A stretch of 64,000 nt of DNA from the human T2T-CHM13v2.0 reference genome, Homo sapiens: the NCBI RefSeq assembly GCF_009914755.1, contig NC_060926.1; one strand, written 5' to 3'. Below, piece by piece: positions 12,616 through 25,880 of the stretch. The position numbers were made by a program, and so were the translations under genes. Within the stretch, counting starts at the first letter, position 1. Every line of letters begins with the position of its first letter. The notes beneath the pieces were generated by a model. The model saw only the letters and a program-made list of their open reading frames with translations. It did no database searches and was not told where the DNA came from.

Positions 12616-13278
12616 AATAAAAGTAATGGCCTGCTTCACAGTTTTCTATTCATGATTGAATCAACAGTATTGCAGATGATGTCAAGTAGGGATCAGTGTC
12701 AGTCACAGAGGGAAGAAAAGCAAAGTATGCAACCCAGGGGGATAACAGACACAAACCAGAAGGGTTCAATGCTAGTTTTCCCAGTGAGGGAGTCAACATT
12801 ACCCTCATATGTGTAGTAATGGGTTTTTTTTTACAGAAAAACCACAGAGGTTTTCTTCCAATATATTTAATTGTTTTCTTGAGATCCCAGTTTATTGTGA
12901 GTGTTTTTACTCCTTAAGGGATTCGGATGTGGTGAAATTGATCCAGAATGACCTGCAATTCTGAAAATTAGAAGGCTGTTGAATATTTTCTTTGAAAATG
13001 TTAAAGAAAATGGGCATGTTGAAGTATCCCGGTCTTTGGTATTATGTTAGGGACTCTGAACAAGAAAAAGAATTCATCAACTATCACCATTTTTGAGACC
13101 AGAAAGTGAAAAAAAAAAAGCTATAACATGATCTATTTGAACCCAGATAAGATTTACAATTTTGCGAATACTCTAAGGTTTCAGCACCATTAAAGTTTTT
13201 TGATTGGCTTCTGCTTACAAGAATATCCTTCTGTATTTCCTAGGAGACTGTTCAGGAATATTCTAGGTAGAAACTTAT

Positions 13279-13843
13279 TACTGGGTATATACCCAAAGGA
13301 CTATAAATCATGCTGCTATAAAGACACATGCACACGTATGTTTATTGCGGCATTATTCACAATAGCAAAGACTTGGAACCAACCCAAATGTCCAACAATG
13401 ATAGACTGGATTAAGAAAATGTGGCACATATACACCATGGAATACTATGTAGCCATAAAAAATGATGAGTTCATGTCCTTTGTAGGGACATGGATGAAAC
13501 TGGAAATCATCATTCTCAGTAAACTATCGCAAGAACAAAAAAAACCAAACACCGCATATTCTCACTCATAGGTGGGAATTGAACAATGAGATCACATGGA
13601 CACAGGAAGGGGAATATCACACTCTGGGGCCTGTGGTAGAGTGGGGGGAGTGGGGAGGATAGCATTGGGAGATATACCTAATGCTAGATGACGAGTTAGT
13701 GGGTGCAGCGCACCAACATGGCACATGTTTACATATGTAACTAACCCGCACAATGTGCACATGTACCTAAAACTTAAAGTATAAAAAATAAAAATAAAAA
13801 TAAATAAAAAAATAAAAAAAGAATGTAAAATATTAAAAAAAAA
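13279..13843 (+). mobile_element. 5'-truncated L1PA2-type LINE-1 (ORF2 C-terminus, 3' UTR, tail) with 10-bp TSD
   Basis: Near-consensus [22 protein letters not shown]...; GAG diagnostic at 13693-13695 (not the L1HS ACA/ACG); TSD agaaacttat at 13269-13278 and 13844-13853. Confidence 0.95.
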
Positions 13844-14049
13844 AGAAACTTATAAAGAGTTTTACTTAGAGGAGACAATTTCTTTTTATGTGATTCTGAG
13901 TCTCTTCCCCAGTGAAAAGCTGGTTTTCAGCGCAACTGTCACTGTTTCTAGCCATGACATCTCCTCCAGTAATAAGCTGGAAGGATCAACGATCTGAGAT
14001 ACCCCATCTCTCATAGTACTTGAAGAGCTCCAGTGTTATAATTTGAATT

Positions 14050-14520
14050 TCCAAAGGGAAAAGAAGATTAACCTAGTCCATCTACAAGGTCATAAAGGAC
14101 CAGTTTAGGTTTCATCACTGTTCTCTCTGCCATAGATTCAGCTTTATCCTAAGGCTAGTTCCCTTTGCTATCACAGGATACCCATCAATACCAACACTTC
14201 CTCATGATTGTCAACAGCAGCAATAGACCAGGTGTCCTTGAAGTTTTCCTTTTGTCTAAGGAAATTTTTTACCAAAAGCCCCGAGAAAGTATCCTCTTAC
14301 AGCTCATGGTTTGAAAGTATGTTTCTTGCCCATTTCTAGATAAATTATTGCCAACAGGAAAGGCCCCATGGTGGATTAGCTTAGGCTGAGTTTTACACCA
14401 TTCTCTAGCAAGAGATGTAGGAATGACCATGATCTATATCATGTAATCAGGACCCTGAAACTGGAAGTAGGAAGCTCCACAATATGGAAGGGCTAGAATC
14501 ACTGCTGGAGAGACAAATAG
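14050..14520 (-). mobile_element. Old MLT1 (K/L/N-like) LTR remnant
   Basis: cagctttatcctaaggctagttccc; aaaagccccgagaaagtatcctcttacagctcatgg...cttgcccatttctaga. Confidence 0.45.
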
Positions 14521-14931
14521 TGTTCACTGAGCATTGCTGCCTGCACTACAGGAATGCCATCAAATATCTGTGGAGCTGGTTAGATTTTTGATGTGTTCCT
14601 TCCGTCTCACATTTTGTTTTCCCTTGGTCTCTCATGAGGATTATTTCGTAGGAACTAAATGAACTGGCTTCTTCTGCCCTTAAGGGGAAGACAAGCTGGC
14701 AGGAACATTTGGCTGGGAAGGTGGATACATGAAGTCCCCTGGTTGAGAATCTGACTGCGGATCCCAAATCAAGATCTTCCTAGAGAAACAAGATGCCTCA
14801 GAACCTATCAGATTCCCTAAGGGTTTGGGAAGGCTCTCCCCTAGGGACTTCTCTGCCCTTATTGCTCTTGGCTAATGTCAGGAGGATCCAGGTGTTTGGG
14901 GAGTTGGAGAGGGAGATGGCATGCCAGTGAC

Positions 14932-14945
14932 TGACTCAGCAAAAA
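14932..14945 (+). promoter_or_regulatory. Candidate NRF2/BACH1-sMAF antioxidant response element with embedded AP-1 site
   Basis: TGACTCAGCA followed by AAAA in non-repeat sequence; motif match only. Confidence 0.4.
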
Positions 14946-17759
14946 GGCTTCTAAAGAAATGTGCCCAGGTTTCTGCTCTCAAAGTCCAGCCTCCACAGCA
15001 CTTTAAACACTCCCGCCTCATGGCCCGATTAGATGGGAAATACATTTTTTGTTCCAGATATTTATTTAAAAGTTTCATTTTCACTTAATAAATCCACAGC
15101 CATGGCATCCGTGGAAGGTTTCCCCAAGTGGTAATTTATGCCTAATGAAGAATTACTTTTGAAAGTGCATGGGCTGCCTGTCACTGAGGGAAATTGTGGC
15201 CACTCAGTTTTTAGACTTATTGGCTGTTATAGATTAGGGAGTTGATATATATTTGAAATGTTTATGCCTTCTCCTTCTTGTTAATTATCGATCTAAACCT
15301 TTATGGATTCCGAGACATTTGTGAACAAGGCTTTCATTAATCCCCAAGGCTGCAGAGGGGTCTGGGTAATGGAATCTCCAATTTAGAGATATGCGGGAAA
15401 CTTGGGACCCTAGAAACAGGCTAATTTCTAGGGTCACAATAGTGGGTCAGTGATGGCAGAACTTCCAGAGTTTATAACAGGGGCACAGGGTATCTAACTT
15501 GCTCAGCAAAGATGACCCTTTGGCTGTAGTTGGGGGACAGTCAGCACTGCCCTGCCAAAAACTGAGATGTAGCTACATCCCTTCACAATGCTCCTGGGGC
15601 TTCCCCTGCACCAGTGTCCCTGTCCTGTGCCCTGCTTTAACTTCTACTCGTGTGCAGTCTACCTACTGGTGGGTTCGTCACTTCATTCTGAATCAGATAT
15701 ACAAAATGTCCACACCGTTAACTCCCTTGTCTTATTCCATTCTGCTCCTCTTTGCCCGTCTTCCTTCCTATCTCTCACCTACTCACCACCCAAAGGCAGT
15801 GGAGGGTCTTAAAAATAGAAACCCTGGCAAGAATCTCTCAGAACTTGGTCACCAGATCATCAGAGCATGAGAAGTCCGAGGTGAGGTGTGTTTCTTCATT
15901 CTCTCATTGTAAGGTCTGCAGAGGGTCTTGGGTCCAGCCATGTGTCCTGCCATGGATGAGGCCAGCAGAGGGTCTCAGATCCAGCCATGAGCCCTGCTAT
16001 GGATGGGGCCAGCACAGAAGCTGCACAGCCTGTGAGAGGACACTCATTCCTCAGGAGCACAGAAAGGAGGGGGCAGGATGGGCCTTTGTTTCCTTTTCCC
16101 ATTTCATAATCCTGAGGGACTTTGGGGAGGTTCCAACTCTTTGCCTACTCTCAATAATTTCCTAAGGGGAGTCACTTGCTAAGAGAAATAATGGAACTGT
16201 TTCATTCCATATATAATATCACCTTTAACAGTCCAGCTTCCAGAAATATTCTAGTGACTGAACTTGGGCTTCGGGACATTTTCAGTGTTCTTGTTCCCTC
16301 TTATTTTCCTGGAGGTCATGACTTTGAAATAAACATGATGCCACTTAATGAGAATAATGGGAAAGCTGACATCAGAGCCTGGAGATCTTACCTGCCAAGG
16401 TGGAGAATCAGATGTCCCCTGTGGGCTGTATGGAACCTTTCTCCAGAATGTCTGCTTCACCCTCTGTGGAGCCTAGAGAAGACCCAGCCTCCTTCACAGA
16501 CTAGAGATGTTGTGTGTCCTGCAGCACCATGTGCCTGAGTGAGGACTGGTCAGTTCTCAGAACTATGCCAGCAAACCTCTCACCTCTGACACAGGATGTC
16601 AGCCCAGGAAAGGCCCTAAGAACTAACCCTCCTTACCCAAGCCCCTCGCTATGTAAGAAATGAGGACTGAGGCCGGCCTAGATTGCGTGTTCCTAATAAC
16701 AAATTCAAGAATGAGGGGGGCCTGGCGGGGTGCTCGCCTCCAGGAGGCCTGTGGTTTTATGTGTGTGAGCAAACACATTGTGTTTAAGTAGACCTTCCTC
16801 CTGCCCCCACCCATAGCCCTGCTCCCCTCCACCTCTTCTTTATTCATTGCTAACAGATGCTGCAGAGGCCAGAGCCAGGCAAGAGCAGGCCTGCATGGGC
16901 TCCCATGCGGGTGAGAAGAGGGAGAACTGATGAGCTGCCACAGAGCAGTGCTGATGAGGGTCTTGGCTTTGAATTTCAGTTCCCCCTCCTCCTCTCCCTC
17001 ACCCCCTGCTAACCAGGCCTTCAGACATCTTCTGCTCTGTGTCCTTCACATCTGAGAACAGCCCAGATAAAAGAGAGCCTCTGCAAACTGCTAAAAGGTT
17101 GGTGTTTCTCCCGACAGCAGCATCGAGGCCAGGGAGCTGCTCTACAGCCTCCTCTCGCGGTGTTCAGCTAAGTGCTAAGGAGGAAGAGGCACATCCTGTG
17201 AACCTAGGCTGGGGAAGCCACACTGTGCTCAGGGCCACTGTCACCAGTATCAGCAACATGCCACGTCTCAGCAGCCCAAACCACCCTGTACCAGAGACAA
17301 AACAGGACAAGGCCTGAGAAGGAGGCCAACAAGGGATACTGACAACACCGGAGCCAAATCCCCACAAAGACAGCTGTCTTTTGAGCCCCCTTCACATCCA
17401 TCTGAACACTGTCTGTCCCTCTGACACTGTGCAATGCCACATAAGAGATGCCCCTGTAGTGACGAGTTTGCCTAATGTCCTGTTGGGTAAGCACTGCTTC
17501 CTTAATTCCTGCCTGAATTCTGACCATCCTCAGTGCCTAGGTTAAGGACCTCTTCTCCTTTGAAGCCTGTCTTGATCCCTGGTTTGAGATGGTCACTGCT
17601 GCTCTGAGCCCCATGACCTGAATTTGCACTCATGGCCCTTACTATGTCTGCCTCTAATATTCCTCTCAGGAGTCTCCTTTCTCCCACATCCCAGCCCAGG
17701 GCCAGGGCCATGGCAGTTGCTCAATAAATGTGTTTTGGATAAGTTATATCCTGGAAACA

Positions 17760-17990
17760 CTACTGAGCTTTGTATCAGAGAATTAAAATCTCGCTCTGCT
17801 TGAATTAAAATCTTGAATTAAAATCTTGCTCTGCTACACTGACAAGCTGTATACACCTGACTGTGCCCTATAGCAGTATTAAAACGTGGCCTCCTCATCT
17901 GAAGGATGGAGGTGATGGTCTCATTACTGCACTCCACACCATCACTCTTGGTAGGTCAAATGAGAAGCCAGATGTTAAATGGCTACAACA
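17760..17990 (+). mobile_element. MIR with internal micro-duplications
   Basis: gagctttgtatcagag...gctctgctacactgacaagctgt...cctcctcatctgaaggatggag...aggtcaaatgaga. Confidence 0.55.
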
Positions 17991-19189
17991 GTTGTACAAT
18001 ACAAGTAAATGGGCTTCATAATTCTGCTTTTCCTACTTCCATTTTACTGATCCCTAGTTTTATCACTATTAAAAATGAGTACTAGAAGGAAGGTCCTAGG
18101 TCCTTCTGAACAAATTCATTTCAATTTCTCAGTTATCCCCTTCAGAAGGAACTGGTTTCATTTAGCCTCTTCTTGAAGTCAGTTTCAGCAGAGTAAGGTG
18201 GTATAGATCACTTAGCTGTAAAACTGAGGAGCTGGGGCCATTCCCTCCCCACCAAATATACTGACTCACTGTTGTGATCTCAGTGCTCATATATTCTCAA
18301 GGGTCTCTGAACCCTCAAAGTGGGCAGAGACCACCTTCTTGGGGTCTAACATTATATGCATGAAAGTTTAAGAAGTGAATGTGTGCCTCATTTTGGAAAG
18401 CTAATATTTGCTTCTTTGTGAACCCCCAAAGCTGAGCTAGCTGTTTGGCTTTTCATGAGATTTGAAGTTACTTCTAGGGCTTCCTGAGGGAGAACAAAAT
18501 GGAACAGAAAATTAGCACAGATATTAAGGACCAGAGGAAAATACAGTAACAAGAAATGGACAGGAGAAATGTGGTACAGGGCACATCCAGATTCCATCTC
18601 AGGCATAGGCCTGGATGGCACCACAGGCTTCTAAGTCGGGGTTCTTGAAAATGTTGCTGCAATCATGAGGAAGATTTACTGGCCTTTGGTCAAAGCATTA
18701 ACTAAGAAGCCAACCTTGGTATCCAGAGCATTACTTTCTACACCAGATAACAGAAATGGAGGGCCAATTGGCTTTCTATATCTTTGGTTATCACTTCCTG
18801 CCTAGGGCTTCGTGAACTTCCTTGCCCTGGCCACTGTGGCATCAGACTTGCAGGCTTGTCCCTCCGTGGACAGACCTGAGTGCTACTCTGAAGACCATGG
18901 GGAACGCCAGGATATGTTTCTGCCCATGGGGATGAAACTCACTCAGAAAGCCCAGCCTACTTTTCTGCCTTCCAAGCATATTTGGCTGGCAAAATACAAA
19001 CATTTTTGGTCATTAGCCACGGCCTTTGGGGCTTCTAGAACAGAAGCATGAATAGTGATTCTTAGGTCTCAAGAATTGAGAAATATTGTCTTCAATATGC
19101 AATTGCTGAGCCCTCCCTGCCAGGAATTGTCCCTGGCCACCCCTTCCAGCAGACCCATAGCAAAGTGCATGTCCCTGCTCTGTCCTCTC

Positions 19190-19410
19190 ACATCACCCCA
19201 TGGTGACCTCTGCCCCTGCATTTATTACATGGGGCTGAAATTATGTGTTAACTTCTCTGTCTTCCCAAGCAAACCATAACCTTTTAGAAGTCAGGGGTGC
19301 TGCCATGTGACCAGTTCAGGTGGCCCAATCTTTCTTCGGGACCTAAGAGCTTAACAAAGTATCTGGAAGTTAGCAGGTGCTCAGTAAATGTTTGTGGAAG
19401 GGAGGAAGGA
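19190..19410 (+). mobile_element. L2 3' fragment
   Basis: tctgtcttcccaagc...ctggaagttagcaggtgctcagtaaatgtttgtggaagg. Confidence 0.6.
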
Positions 19411-19504
19411 ATGACCAAACTCTTTCAGGAGCCAGGAAGTTCCAACAGAGGTGTAGAAGCACTATTGGACCTCCAGAATGCAAGAGGCTTCCAGCCAAGA
19501 AAAT

Positions 19505-19792
19505 ATGCCTGTAATCCCAGCACTTTGGGAGGTTGAGGCAGGAGGATCACCTGAGCCCAGGAGTTCAAGACCAGCATGGGCAACATTGTGGGACCCTGAA
19601 CTCTACAAAAAATACAAAAATTAGCTGGGCATGGTGGCACACACTTGTAGTCCCAGCTACTTGGAGGCTTAGGCAGGAAGATTGCTTGAGTCTGGGAGGT
19701 CAGGGCTTCAGTGAGCTATAATTGCACCACTGCACTCCAGCCTGGGTGATAGAATGAGATTCTGTCTTGAGAAAAAAAAAAAAAGAAAAAAA
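19505..19792 (+). mobile_element. AluJ (5' end degraded)
   Basis: gcctgtaatcccagcactttgggagg; J-type gaggatcacctgagcccaggagttc; A tail. Confidence 0.95.
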
Positions 19793-19849
19793 TTATCAGT
19801 AATAACAAAGTAAATTTGTAGATAGATGTATAGCTAGATAGTCTGATAA

Positions 19850-20250
19850 ATAGGTAATAGTAATAACACCACATGAAATGTACTGGGCATTAAGTATGAG
19901 TTAAGCATTTTGCAGGCATCCTCTCATGTAATTTCTCCATAGCACTATGAAGTTTGCAGTATAACCCAGCTGCATCAATGCGGGAATGTGGTCCTGAGGA
20001 GCGATCTACATCGCTCCCTACAGAGACTCTCCCTACAGATCTTCTGTCCATGCCTGGAATGATTCTTAGGGGTCAATGGAGGGATACCTCTGAGATCTTG
20101 CTGTTTACTATGTGCCCACCATGTGCCAGGCAATGGGGTGGATACCCTACATATGCATTCTCATTGAACCTCACTGGAATCCTGAGGGAGGCATATTACT
20201 ATCAATAACACCCTGATAAATGAAGAAATCAAGACTTAGAAATGGGAAAA
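19850..20250 (-). mobile_element. Two MIR fragments
   Basis: ttaagcattttgcaggcatcctctcatgtaat; ccatgtgccaggc...tctcattgaacctcac...aaatgaagaaatcaagacttaga. Confidence 0.6.
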
Positions 20251-21019
20251 AATTAAAATAAGTCCAGGCTACAGGCAGTTCCACAGAATCTGGCATACAG
20301 TTGTCACTCACTAAATATGAATTGGATTAAATGAAATGGAATTAAACGGAGTATTCTCCACAAAGGCGAACTCTATTTTCTGGTGCTTCATTTCGCCAGA
20401 CCTGGCAGATTGCCACCCGCAATCTCCCTTTACGAGGCTGCACTGTGCCTTGGGAGCTGTCTAAAGAAGCAAGAACAGGAGCGGTACCTCCCACATGAAG
20501 GAGAGTGTGTGGCGGTCATGGATTTGGGTTGAGGCTGTGGCCAGTGGGCCACAAAATTTCATCAGCCTTGTAAACGGAGATATATTTATGCAAAAGACTT
20601 GCCAGTTGGACTGCATGGGGCTCTTTCTCCCCAGAACACCTCAGGAAGGCAGTTCTGTGGTAGCAGAGTGGCTGAGAGCCAACCCAGCCCAGCACACAAG
20701 TGGAGAGTTGTCAAATACATCTGTATATCTGACCCAGTGGCTTGCGGCACTTAGGTGCCAGGGGCTCCAGCAGCAATCCATAGAGGAACAAGGAAATTGT
20801 GTTAAGTCACTGAAAATAATTTGCTTTAAAAAACTGTATATATTGGTTGTCTCCTACCTAGAAATATCCCTCAGTGGGGGAATAATTTTGGATTTCTATA
20901 GCTAACTTGGAAATCAGAACTTATAATATTTTTGGCTGGTAACACCTAAAGTCTGTGCAGTTTAATATCACCAGATTTAATACTGTAATTGGAATGTGGG
21001 GTCCAACACGGTAATTCAA

Positions 21020-21300
21020 ACAATTATATATTAAATATACTATATTTTAATTGTATAATTGCATAATATTTGTATATTGAATGTTCATAGTAAATATATG
21101 TTAACATAATTATACATCATATAACTATGTATTAATTATAATATATGTAATACTATACATCAACATAGTACTTGCATGTTTGCATATTTAATTGTATATT
21201 TTATTGTACATACAAATTAGCATCTGTATGTGTTTGTATATTCTGTTGAATATTAAATATATAATTTTATAACAAAAATTGTCATACTATTGTAATTGAC
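21020..21300. repeat. AT-rich low-complexity region
   Basis: Degenerate (TA)n-like sequence with very few G/C. Confidence 0.8.
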
Positions 21301-23375
21301 CTGTAACTGGAGCATGATGTATGTCAGTTCATGAGATTCCAGTGCATGAATCTTTCTGAGAACCTTGCCATGCCTCATTCAGTCATAAGGTTGGTTTATA
21401 ATCAACAAGATTGGCAGCCCCACTCTTTGGACTATTTTTCTCTTCTCTTGAATATGTCAAAACATTACAAATGTCAGCAATTTCCATCCTCATGGCTTAG
21501 ACTGGCTCAGTAATCAGTGACGTCTCCAGCTACACTATAAATGCTGGGAGAGGTAAATGCAGAAAAGAGGAGCGCTTAAGACCTGAAAGCAATTATCGTC
21601 AAAACAGGTCATCCCTTTTGTTTTTGCAACTTTTGTGCAGAAAGTCCTTCTCTGCTACTGTTCCCCAGGCACCAGAGTCTGTTTCCATCTTAGAAGCAAG
21701 CAACAGCTTGCACCAAGCTTTTGTTGACATAAATTCCACATTGCCTGGTGCTTTTGTTTGTTTCACACATAATCCACATTTTTGTATCTTATGTGCATTT
21801 TTCATAGTTCTTCCTGAAGCAATGTCCTGGCTTCCATCTGGGACTACCCGTCTGGGGTCAAGGTCCCTGCAGATAACTGGGTTGTGTGTTGATGGAACAC
21901 TCAGTGGGATGGAGCTGACATATTAAGAACTAAATTCCTACAATACAGAATTTAAAAATCATCTTGCATCAGACCCTAAAACAAACAGGAAAATGAGCAG
22001 TAGCTCAGGTAGCCCAGCCCTAAAGACACAATAGAGTGAAATTAGCTTCTTTTCTTTTCTGAAGAAGTTTTTACAAGGTTATTATGAGAAAGAGGAAAGA
22101 AAATGTGCACTTTGGATGATTCTTAAATGCAGCCCTAAGGGGATAAGAAAGAGGGAGACAGACATAGAGTAGAGAATATATTTTGTATTATCGGTGGGAC
22201 CCATGGGCATTTGTAAGCTAAGTGACTCGTCACAAATCCTTAAACCTTCAAGGAACTGTCCTGAAAGTGAAGATCACTTTTCTATCTCCCAGTTCCAGAA
22301 TACTTGAGTTGAGCTTCTAAACATAGCTTTTTTTATTTATGGCAAATTCCATGATAGGTGCTGACTTTGTGAACATTTCGAATGCCAAGACTGCAAGAAA
22401 CCTCAGAAGCTGCTTATTCCAACATCGCACACAATACAGGACTCTGTAGCATGTCCAACAAACAGGCCCCCCATTAATAGGGCACTCATTGTCCCACAAT
22501 GTTGCCCATTTTCTTATTCGATGCTCCTCTGTGACCAAGTTCCTCTTTATGATGAAACCAAGTGCAAGACTCTCCGTCTTCTATTGATGAGTATAGATTC
22601 TGCCTCAAAGTCACAGGGAAAAAATCCCTTCCTGTAACCATAGCTGGATTACATGATGATTATGAGTATGAGTTTTACACTCATTCTGTTCTGGGTTCAA
22701 GTCCCACCTCCACCACTTATATAGTTTGGATTTTTGTCCCTGCCCAAATCTCATGTTGAATTGTAATCCCCAATGCTGGAGGTAGGGCCTGGTGGGAGGT
22801 GTGGATCCCTCATGGCTTGGGGCTGTCTTTGTGATAGTCAGTTCTTAGAAGATCTGGTTGTTTAAAAGTATGTGATACCTCCCTGCTGACGCGCTCTGTC
22901 TCTGTCTCTCTCTTATTCCCAAAGGGGAAGTAGGCCATGTGAAGTGCCTACTTCCCCTTTGTCTTCCACCATGATTGTAGCTCCCTGTGGCCTCCCAAGA
23001 AGCTGAGTTAATGTTGGCACCATGCTTTCTGTGCAGCCTACAGAACTGTGAGCCAATTAAACCTCCTTTCTTTTTTTTTTTTTATTACATTTTAAGTTCT
23101 AGGATACATGTGCACAACGTGCAGGTTTGTTACATATGTATACATGTGCCATGTTGGTGTGCTGCACCCATTAACTAGTCATTTACATTAGGTATATCTC
23201 CCTAATGCTTTCCCTTCCCCCTTCCCCCACCCCACAACAGGCCCCAGTATGTGATGTTCCCCTTCCTGTGTCCAAGTGTTCTCATTGTTCAATTCACACC
23301 TATGAGTGAGAATATGCGGTGTTTGGTTTTTTGTCCTTGCGATAGTTTGCTGAGAATGATGGTTTCCAGCTTCAT

Positions 23376-23900
23376 CTATGTCCCTACAGAGGACATAAAC
23401 TCATCCTTTTTTATGGCTGCATAGTATTCCATGGTGTATATGTGCCACATTTTCTTAATCCAGTCTATCATTGATGGACATTTGGGTTGGTTCCAAGTCT
23501 TTGCTATTGTGAATAGTGCCCCAATAAACATACGTGTGCATGTGCCTTTATAGCAGCATGATTTATAATCCTTTGGGTATATACCCAGTAATGGGATGGC
23601 TGGGTCAAATGGTATTTCTAGTTCTAGATCCCTGAGGAATCGCCACACTGACTTCCACAATGGTTGAACTAGTTTACAGTCCCACCAACAGTGTAAAAGT
23701 GTTCCTATTCCTCCACATCCTCTCCAGCACCTGTGGTTTCCTGACTTTTTAATGATCACCATTCTAACTGGTGTGAGATGGTATCTCATTGTGGTTTTGA
23801 TTTGCATTTCTCTGATGGCCAGTGATGATGAGCATTTTTTCATGTGTCTGTTGGCTGCATAAATGTCTTCTTTTGAGAAGTGTCTGTTCATATCCTTCAC
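23376..23900 (-). pseudogene. L1 ORF2p C-terminal fragment with CCHC motif
   Basis: [18 protein letters not shown]...; premature stop at 23376. Confidence 0.9.
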
Positions 23901-23998
23901 CCACTTGTTGATGGGGTTGTTTGTTTTTTTCTTGTAAATTTGTTTGAGTTCTTTGTAGATTCTGGATACTGGATATTAGCCCTTTGTCAGATGAGTAG

Positions 23999-24841
<843 letters not shown>

Positions 24842-25103
24842 AGTTCATATGGAACCAAAAAAGAGCCCACATTTCCAAGACAATCCTAAGCCAAAAGAAC
24901 AAAGCTGGAGACATCACGCTACCTGACTTCAAACTATACTACAAGGCTACAGTAACCAAAACAGCATGGTACTGGTACCAAAACAGAGATATAGATCAAT
25001 GGAACAGAACAGAGCCCTCAGAAATAATACTATACATCTACAAGTATCTGATCTTTGACAAACCTGACAAAAACAAGAAATGGGGAAATGATTCCCTATT
25101 TAA

Positions 25104-25289
<186 letters not shown>

Positions 25290-25609
25290 TAAAACACCAA
25301 AAGCAATGGCAACAAAAGCCAAAATTGACAAATGGAATCTAATTAAACTAAGGAGCTTCTGCACAGCAAAAGAAACTACCATCAGAGTAAACCTCTTTTC
25401 TTTATAAATTACCCAGTCTCAGGTATTTCTTTATAGCAATGCAAGAATGGCCTAATACAGCCACTTATCACCTAACTTTGGTCAAATTACTGAAGTTTTC
25501 TAACCCTCAATATGTCTAGAATATAAGTACAATATCAGGATCTATCCCATAGGTAAGGTTTGTTGTTCAGAAGCATGATGGTGGGGGGAAAACATGCCAG
25601 AGAAGGACT

Positions 25610-25880
25610 ATGGAACCATGAGTCAGAAGACTTGGTGCACTGTCCTGGCTTTGCCAAGGATAAGCTCTGTGACTTGTGCGAGTCACTTAACCTTCTTGCA
25701 ACTCATTCCTCCCTTTTCTAAAATGTCCTTCGTAACACTGGCCCTGCCTATTAGCATCCAGGTGCTGCTACGGGGATCAGATGCAAGCACATGGCTTTCA
25801 TATTCATGCACCTCTCTCTGAGTTTTTAATGCACCTCTGCTGCAGGCCTAGGCAAACACTTGGTGCTCAATAAAAGCCTA
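25610..25880 (+). mobile_element. MIR
   Basis: gagtcagaagacttgg...ctgtgacttgtgcgagtcacttaacctt...ggtgctcaataaa. Confidence 0.65.

Noticed and set aside
13200-13571. 123-aa ORF fusing unique sequence to the L1 ORF2 C-terminus
   Set aside because: TTG start and chance in-frame read-in to a truncated L1; no promoter or splice support
21020-21300. AT-rich block as an origin or matrix attachment region
   Set aside because: Explained as decayed (TA)n low-complexity sequence; no specific evidence of function
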